A stretch of 64,000 nt of DNA from Amphiscolops sp. MND2022 (Eukaryota): the NCBI GenBank assembly GCA_964187785.1, contig OZ076415.1:64976001-65040000 (forward strand). The letters are read 5' to 3'. Positions within the stretch are counted from its first letter, which is position 1. Each line of letters begins with the position of its first letter. Of the stretch, positions 53,501-62,500 are shown one piece after another. Below the pieces are notes generated by a model, which had not been told where the DNA came from, searched no databases, and saw nothing but the letters and a program-made list of their open reading frames with translations. A program made the position numbers and the translations under genes.

Positions 53501-56500
53501 GAGAATTAAAGAAACTGTAGACCCAGAATCCCATAGGGCTATTACTTCTTGTTTGTTTGAGCCAGAGTTGACTTCAATAGGCATAACCTGCGGTAAACTT
53601 TTTTCCTGATTGTTTGAAACATCACATTTCGCAGAAAAACCGTTTGTTTCATTTCTGTTGCTCAAAAAATTATCATCGTGTAAAAGAAGATGATGATTTT
53701 TACCGCATTCAGCTCTGCTGCAAACTTTTCTAGTGCGACAAGTTCTGGATGTGTGCCCGGCGACGAGACAATTGAAACAAGCACGATTAGCTTTAACAAT
53801 ATCAGCTCTTTGCTTCGCATTTTTGTCCAGGAACAATCGACAGTCTTCAGTTTTATGAGTTCCACTCGGATGAAGAAGACACTTGTTTTTCGAAAAATCA
53901 GCTTCTTCACTTTTAGAAATGGTCATTTTCACATTTCCTTTGATATCATCTCTGGTACGTTTCGTCAAATTGATCTCATATTCAATCACCATTTTTCTTT
54001 CGAGTAAAAACTTCAAGAATCCGGGAAACTTATCCCTTTTATCAATTGTACTCTCTTTGTCATAAATTCGTTCTATCCATTTTCTTCTCAATTCGTCTGG
54101 TAGCTTTTCTTCAAAGATTGAAATGATTGTACTATTTTTGATTTCTGATTCACGTCCCAAGTACTTCAGTTCTAGATCAGCTTTTTAAATAATATCAATA
54201 AAATTCAACAGACGACGTCCTTCATTTTCTCGCACAGGCTTGTAGTGTTTTATGTCGTTCAACACAATTTCAACAATTTTACCTTCATCACCATACCGTT
54301 CTTCTAAACGTCGCCACATTTCTTTTAAATCATCACTCATATTCCTCACTAAACTTTTTATGTTATCTGGTAAAGCGTTTCTCAGAGCGTATGACACAGT
54401 AGCTTCATCCTTTATCACATTTTCAACTTGCTTTTCAAAATCCTTTCTGAATTGAGGCCAGTCTCGGCAATTTCCGCTGAACTTCGGAAACTTGAGCTTT
54501 TCCATGTGTGTAAACGATTTTCTGTCTTGCAAAACATCACCGCCGCCGTTTTCCGACTGAAAAGGTTCTGAACTGGAGGCGGAATACATCATATCAAAAA
54601 ACTTCGTTGAAATTTCCTTGAGTTCGTTGTTTTCCTTTTCGAAAGTTGTCTCCTGGTTTACTAATTCAGATAGAGAATCAATGACAATCTTCACTTCTTT
54701 GAATTGGTTATCGAAGTCGTATTTGACGTTTTTCAAAACTCGTTCTGTAACTTTTGGAAGGTTTTCAAACGATTGACAAATGTTGTGTAATCGATTAACT
54801 TCAACCCTGTACTTTTCTTTCAATTTTCTAACTGTCTCATTTATTTCATCTTGACGTTTCAAATCATCTGATTCCGCAAGCTCTATAGTTTTCTTTTCTA
54901 GTTCCTCTTTTTTCCCTTTTCATTTTCTCCTCTTTCAGCAAAATGTCGAGTTGGCACTTTTTTGATCTTAGTTCATGAAATCGGTTTTCAGGCTCGTCAA
55001 TCCAAGAAATTTCATTATCGTACATTTCTTGGTCTAAATTGAGCAAATACTCATTTTGCTTTTCTTGAAGAAGATTCCATGTATTCACAATGTCGTCAAA
55101 ACACAACTGGTTTTCTTCGGCAGATTTTTCAACTTCAGATAGAAAAGTCTCATACCTGTTACATGCTTTGGTAAAGTTTCTTAAAGACAAACTTCTAGCC
55201 CTCTGTTCCACTTGGACTTGAGAAGGGGTTGTCATGATTTGAATTTGCCGTTAGGGGCGACTACACTTCGTGGGGTAGTTTTCGTAGAAGAAAATCAGTG
55301 TTTGTAAAATCTTCAGTTGAATTGATTCAAATCTACAATACCAGCAAATTTAGCTAAGTATTCAATTTCCCACAAAATTAAGCAAAAGGTTTCACTAACC
55401 ATGCTGACTTTCTCGTAAATCGTTGACTCAAAAGTGAAATTACATAACCTACGTTAATTGTTAATCATCACAACATCGATTGTTTCATTGAAAAGTCATT
55501 CATGAGTTTCTTGAATGACACAGAAACTGACAGAAACATTTAAGATAATCAACCAAATCATCGTTTTCGGAACATTTTGCGAAGGTCTAAGCGAGCGATT
55601 TATAAGCGAACATTTCCTCGTTCTAAGTCTATAAAAGGTATACCCAAGCTACTACGAGAGAACATTTTGTAGAAAATAATCGGGTCGAAAAAAATATCCA
55701 TTTGAGTTTTGATAATGTTTCAGCGTACAGAGAAAAATTGGAAATATGGTGAAAAATTCAAGGATGTAAAAATCATGTAAATTTTGCATGCATCTGAGAA
55801 AAACCTGGCAGCAAAATTAGAGAGAAATGCAATCTCACCCATCGGCAGAGTCCTTGTGCGGCTGAAGAGGCCTTGGCGACCACGTCAGGGGAGAAGTCAG
55901 GATTGGTCATGAACTCCCTTCTGATCCTGTCCATAGAGGCCTACACCAGCGCGATGACGTCAGCGATGACGTCAGAGATTATCACAAGACCGGATTCAAA
56001 CTCTTCTACTGTGGGAAAAAAGTTTCAAATTTCTGAAAATTGTAATTTTTATTGCCTTTATATTCAGTTTTCCGAGACATGATTTACTGTGAAGTGACTT
56101 TTTGCTCAGTTCAATAAAAAAATTCAAAAGATACCAATTTTGCGTCTCTTGTTGATATAAAAAAATCGGATAACTGATACTTTTATATTCTGAAAGGGGT
56201 CTACAAACTTTAACAGTTGCTATAGATGTCACTAGGGGAGCAAATAACGTTTAGGGAATAACGTCTAAGAAATTCGGGAATAAAATCTAAAGGAATAAAG
56301 GAATCTAAAATTCAATGTTTTAAGATAGGGAATGATCATGACTTGGTTTTAGACTAAACAATGTTCTTACTCTGAGGTGGAGGCTCTCTGCTGATGTGGA
56401 TTTATATAACACACGTGACAGGACTCAAGATATTCAAGATTCCAAGACAAAATCCAAGATCTAGCCAAGATATTCAAGATCCAAGATCTTTCCAAGATAT

Positions 56501-59500
56501 TCAAAATTTCAAGATTTCCCTAAGATCTTGGCAAGATATTCAAGATGTCAAACGCTGGGCGTTATTCCCGTTTTGCATTTAGATGTTACTCCTTAGACGT
56601 TATTCCCGCTCGCCAGATGTCACGACATGGAGTGTTAAACAAAATTGATTGACTAGATCGGATTACTGATTCCTGTTTGAAATATATTTCTATTCATATT
56701 GATATTCGTATCTGGTTGAAGTAATCCCTGGTTGATGTTGTCCTTGTCGAAAGTCTTGAGGGTGTTGAGGAAGTTCATGTCTCCCAGCAGCTTCTTCGAG
56801 GGGCCCCAATAGCTGTTGACCTTGGCAGTGCCCCCGTCGGGGTCAGCCACTTTCTCAGGGGGGATGTCTTTCAACACACAAATGGCCTCCATCACCAATT
56901 TGACCCCTGAACAAACAGTTTCTTCAAATGCTAATTTTCCTTGAAAATCAATCAGGTATGGTTCCGATGAATTCAATAATTAGACAGCTTTTTTGACAAG
57001 GATTGGAACAATTTTGCGTGTAAATGTGTTTCTGAACAAAAATTAAGTTCATAACTATGATTTGAAAATGCTGAATAATCATTCCAAAGAAACCATTGAA
57101 AAATTCCACTTTTTTTAAATTTAAAAAATGCGCAAAAGTTGTTGAACAAGCTTTTGCACAAAAAAAACGTTTTTTCTTGAGTATAAAAATTCAAGCTACT
57201 GAAGTCAGCTACTAGCAACTAATGGATCCTAAGTGAAACTTTAAAGCACTCTTTAACCCAAACGTTTGTTTCAAAATCATATCTATTGCCGAAAGTGAAG
57301 AGTTTGAAGAAACTGAACCTATTGGAGGGTTTTTCATGCTCTTGATGATCGTAATGTCCGAAGGCTTCAAAATGTCCAAACAACGAGTCGCCTCCTCCAA
57401 AATTGGAACTGCTTCTGCTAAGTCGTTCTCGCACTCGGTTTTCAGCTCTTGTGCAGCATCTGCGTATTCATTGGCTACCGACTCCTCTCGTGTAACGTTT
57501 TCTCGTTTCGTTTGAACTCGGTTGCTCTCCTGGAGCGTCGTCATTAATTCTCCCACGTTAAAAATCGGAATTTCAGTCAAATTTTTTGTCTTGATTAAAC
57601 CTATCATTTCTCTAGATCTTATTTATTATGCAAATGAAACGAAATTTACGAACACGAGGATACATACTGCAGTTTTAAGTGCCATGGCTTTCATAGATGA
57701 AATTGTGAGGAATCTAGCAGAATCATGTAGTTTTGTGTACTGCATCATATTACTCCACGTACGAGATCAAATGGCTTTACTTACAGGAAAATATAAAAGG
57801 AAGGGCCTTAAAACATATGTAAACGTGTTAGATTCAAGTCCAGTATTGTTTTAGAATCAGTTCTAATCATTCCAAAACAAGACGGGAACGTCTAAAGTCG
57901 GCGCTATATCTAAGGCTCAAAAAGCGCAAAAAATTTTTTTTTTAAATTGAAATTTTTGAATTTTTTTCTTTCAGAAAATGTCGCATAGTGCCGAAAAATG
58001 TAAAAGGGGGGACCCTTTGGGCTTTATTAACATATATTCTGTTGCAAAATATCAAAAAACTCGAAAGGGGGACTCTTTTGATACATTAAAAAAATTTTTA
58101 AAAAAAGTCGCACAATGCAGAAAAAAAATCAAAAGGGGGGACCCTTTAGTCTCGTCCGGTTTTGTAGGCTACGGTAAAATAGTAAAAAATGAAAGGGGGG
58201 GACCCTTTTGCACTAATTTCCGCTGACCGGACTTGGCCTAATGGTAGTAGTTTTAGTAGTTTCGATTGTAGGAAAAGTGGCCCAATCAGAGTGAGATTGT
58301 AGTCTGACAAAAAAAAACTAGCCACAGTAAGTGTCGGGCACTTTTCACTAGAAAAGCGCCGACTAAAAAACAGGATTAGACGTAGCCTAGTAACAACTCA
58401 ACTTGGTTCCATGTTTGGCTTTGCATGCTTGGAATTGCGTTGATCTTATGGTTCCGTGTTTTATAATATTTGGGTTTGTTGTTTCATCGGCATAATATAA
58501 CACTCATGCTTTAGTGAGACGTTTTAGTCCTTTTAAAATATAAAATATCTCAAAATGACATTTTTAAACTTGATGAGACTTGGGTAGTCACCTGAAATTC
58601 CTCCAACTTTAGTTGATTTTTCCTATGTTGAACATTTGTTTCCCTATAAAGTGTGCCATTTTTCCCTTCAATGAAAAAACATTGCAGTGCCACATTTAGA
58701 AGTTTACATAAAATAAAATTCGTGGAGACAGATTTTGACTTATTTAATCAACCAACTCTGACCATTTTCATCAGGTTTTTCATCTTTTTTTTTGTCCTGC
58801 TCCGGTGAAAAATATTGAACAGAGGTTTTCGAGACGTTGTTGGAATTTTTTAAATAAAAATTTTCATAACTGGACTTTGATTTATTCGCAAAACCGACGG
58901 TTGTAACAACGCCCCTTGACTGTGTGTTCGGCCATTTTGACAGCTTCTCGCGTCGTTTCCATCAACTTCGGCTGCAATTCTTTCAAGTTTTTCTCCATTT
59001 CGGCAACTTGGGAAGATGCGAACGCCAGTTTTTCTAATCCCACCTCGTATCGTCTCTTAGCCTTCGAGACTTCTTCTCGTTTCTTGGCCATCAGTTCTTT
59101 GAAGGTCAAAATGAGTTCTCGGAAAGAAGTCGGAGTTACGTAATTGTATCTGTTTTGTTCAGCTAGCAATCTAAAACGTGCAACTATTACGACATGCCTT
59201 ACTGAAGGCAAGTTACCGAAGAGATGAAAGATGTGATAATCCTGAAATTGGTTCCCAGAAACGAATGGAGCCATCATTGTAATACTGTGAGAGAGTGACC
59301 TTGACTCTCGAACTGACCACTGTAAAAGAACATAAATTGGAGCAAGTTGTAAATAAATGATAATATACATAATGAATATTATTTACAAACAGAACTGTAT
59401 AAAATAACAGAAGAGATTCAGCCATTCACCACATGGTCTTTATCAAATACAGTATTGCTCTACATTCAACCTTCTTTAATTTAGTCGTTGCACGTCGTTA

Positions 59501-62500
59501 ACAAAAACCATGGATCCATGTCCAGAAGAAACGATAAGGAACTACTCATTAGGACAAAAAGCACATAGGAAAACACGCCCAAAACGGAATAACATCAATA
59601 GAAAATTAGGATAACGTAATCAGTTAGGTTCACATACCACTAGTGCCCCAAATGCACAAGCGAAGCGAAGTGGAGCGACGTGCCACTACTGGTCCAACGG
59701 CTGATTTCGACGGAAGCCGACCGGGAGTGCGCGAAGCGCCCAGTAAAGAGGAAGACCAAGTTCTTCCTCTAAAGTTAAGAAGCTGAGTCATACAACCAAT
59801 ATAAAAACTGTGAGTGTTATAAAAATTAGTTCTTCTACCAAAATCTCTTATGGGATGTTCCTCCTTTTTCAATGGGGTGTTTTTTTCCTTTGGGTTTTTT
59901 GTGGGCGTTTTTCCTTGTGTGTTTTTTTCTATAACTGATGGATCATAACTTCCAGGCAGACTATTACTAATCAGTTGGATTGTGAATTAAAGAAGGTTGT
60001 CTAAATCATTCAATTCAGCTTTATCACTTCAGTTACTACTGAGTTTTTCATATCATTTTGATAAACGCGGAGATTCATGTGAAAAAGCTTTAATGCAACT
60101 TCTCACCTCACAAACTGTTTAAACTCCTCCGCTCTTGAAAAATTAAGGTCCTGATGATTTTACAAAAATTACTCGAATCGACCAAAGGTATTTCGAAAAA
60201 ATCCGTCAAGATGGCGATTTTGCTATTGTCGAATTGGCTGGCGAATTATGAATCAACCTTAATGTCAAAACCTTAATCTTGATGCTAGTTTTTAGAGTTT
60301 TTGCATAAAAATTCGATGTCTTCTAACCCAGGAAACTTAAATCATGGCGCTAACCTGCTAGATAGGACCACGGCTGATTCATGGAAAGTGAGACTAAGAC
60401 TGGTAATGGTAGACCGGTACATGTCATCTATGTTGGCATCACTCAGTATTTTGGAAGCCACCTTTTCCAACGCTTCTTGGGGCCACTCCTGAAATTCATT
60501 GTCACTTTAACTTTCTACTGTCACCTTGAACGACTGTGATTACTCGGCGAGCGGGAATAACGTATAAGCAATAAATAAAGTCTAAATGCAAAACGTCTGA
60601 AATAATGTCTGAAGCCAAGTCATGCTCATTCCCTATCTTGAAATGTTGCTTTTTAGACCTTATTCCCGAAACAACTAACCCTAATTACCATCGTGGTACG
60701 TATTTTCACCATTCAAGATCTGCAAACTTCTAAAGGCACCAGCTGACCGTATGGTAAAGAAAACTCTTGAATAAGATTTTCATACATTATTACATAGCTT
60801 TGCACGCATTTGCACGGATTGTTGACTTGATCTCTCCAAAATCAATAAGACGGGACCAAAAAATCAAAAAAGGAGCGCAAAATTTCCGTTTTTCCTGTTT
60901 TGTTGTGTGGCCACTTTATACCACTGAGGACAAGATTGGATCAAAGCGGCCCTAGCATGTTTTGAAACAAGCTGAAATGCACCCAGAGACACGACGCGTG
61001 CAAAGTTGTTTTGGTGCAAAGTCCGGAGCCAGTGCGGCGCTAGCGGGCCCCCAGCCCAGCCGTCTGAGCCGTTTGAAAATCAAAATGAAAGCCCTGATTG
61101 TCTTCTTTCGAACGCGCTAAAAATTGTTTATCGGACTTTTTTGGATGAATCCCGAAAATTCATACTTCATTCCGGGTTAAGGTGTTATTCCTTAGACGTT
61201 ATTCGCGCCTCTATGATAAGTCCTATTCCGTGTATTTCCTCACTTTTAGGAAGATCAGATTAAACTTTGAAAATCCGATGACAAACAGTTATTTCGGGCC
61301 ATTATGTTAAGGATATTAACAAGCCTGAAGCCTAACGTTCAGTAAAACAGATATTCATGCCATGGTTAAACCTTAGTTCTGATCGACAAAGTCCTTGAAT
61401 CGAACAGTTGGTAAAACTCAGAGAATTGATGGTAACCGCTACGAGAAAAAGCAATAAAAACGTTATTTTTTTCTTCAACCCACGTATAACGGGATGGGGG
61501 ACGAAAATCATAATCTGTGTTGGTTGCGTTTTTTTACAAATTCTGCCAACTCCACGATCTCCACCCACTTCACTTAGTTACTTGACTATTTTAGTTACTT
61601 GACTATTTTAGTTACTTGTATTTAATAATGCGTTTTACTAAGGAGGAGACAGAGGTTCGAAAACAAGCGCTCCCATTTGTCCCAGCACGCAATATCCGAA
61701 CTTTTGACGTTATATTCGAAGTTAATTCTGTTTTACTACAGAGGAAGCTGAGATTCCAAAAATTGCGCCATATCCGAATTTTGATTTTATATCCGAAATA
61801 AATTGCGTTTTACCAAGGAGGAGGTAAAATTTTGATTAAGTGTCTATTGTTAGCCAATTGAAAGCGGAAGGTATCCTGGTGCATAGCGGGCGTCTTGTAT
61901 ATCTTGAAATGTGAAATGTCCCCATTGAAAAGTTTTTCAGGGAACACAAACCAGTTTTTAAACAGCGCTTTTGGTACACAAACGTGCCCGACTTCTATAA
62001 TGGCAAGTTTTTTCTTCCTTTTTGTCAAATGACAATTTCCCATGCAAAAGCGTTTTTCCTTTGATTTTTTCGGTAATATGAGACTTTCCCCCGGGGGCCC
62101 TTTTTTGCGGCTTTGTGAGACGTTTTTTTTGAGGTATCCAAAGTGTCCCCTCTTCAATTTTTTTGATATTTTGCAACAAACTGGATTTTCAGAAAGTCCA
62201 AAGGGTCCCCCTTCTACAATTTCAAAAACTGCGCGTTTTTAGCCTTGGATATAGCGCCGACTTTAGACGTTCCCGTCTTGTTGCTTTTTTGTCAGACCAC
62301 AGAGCTCACCATGTATGTACCACTTTATAGTACAGACTTTAATCGGTTTAGGGGGCACCCAGCGGTCGCCGGAATTTGTTTCGTGCATTTGCAAAACCGG
62401 ACGAAACTGAAGAGTTCTGGACCCCTTTTACATTTTTCGGCACTGTGAGACTGTTTCAAAATTCTCATTTTCGTCTGAAATTAGGTTTTCTCAATATAGA

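Noticed and set aside
49751-55235. Four in-frame stops in the BEL ORF as programmed readthrough or targeted hypermutation
   Set aside because: The stops are of mixed type (TAA, TAG, TGA), fall inside domains and are each one change from a plausible sense codon; with about 1.4% LTR divergence, a few nonsense changes in 5.5 kb are compatible with neutral decay.
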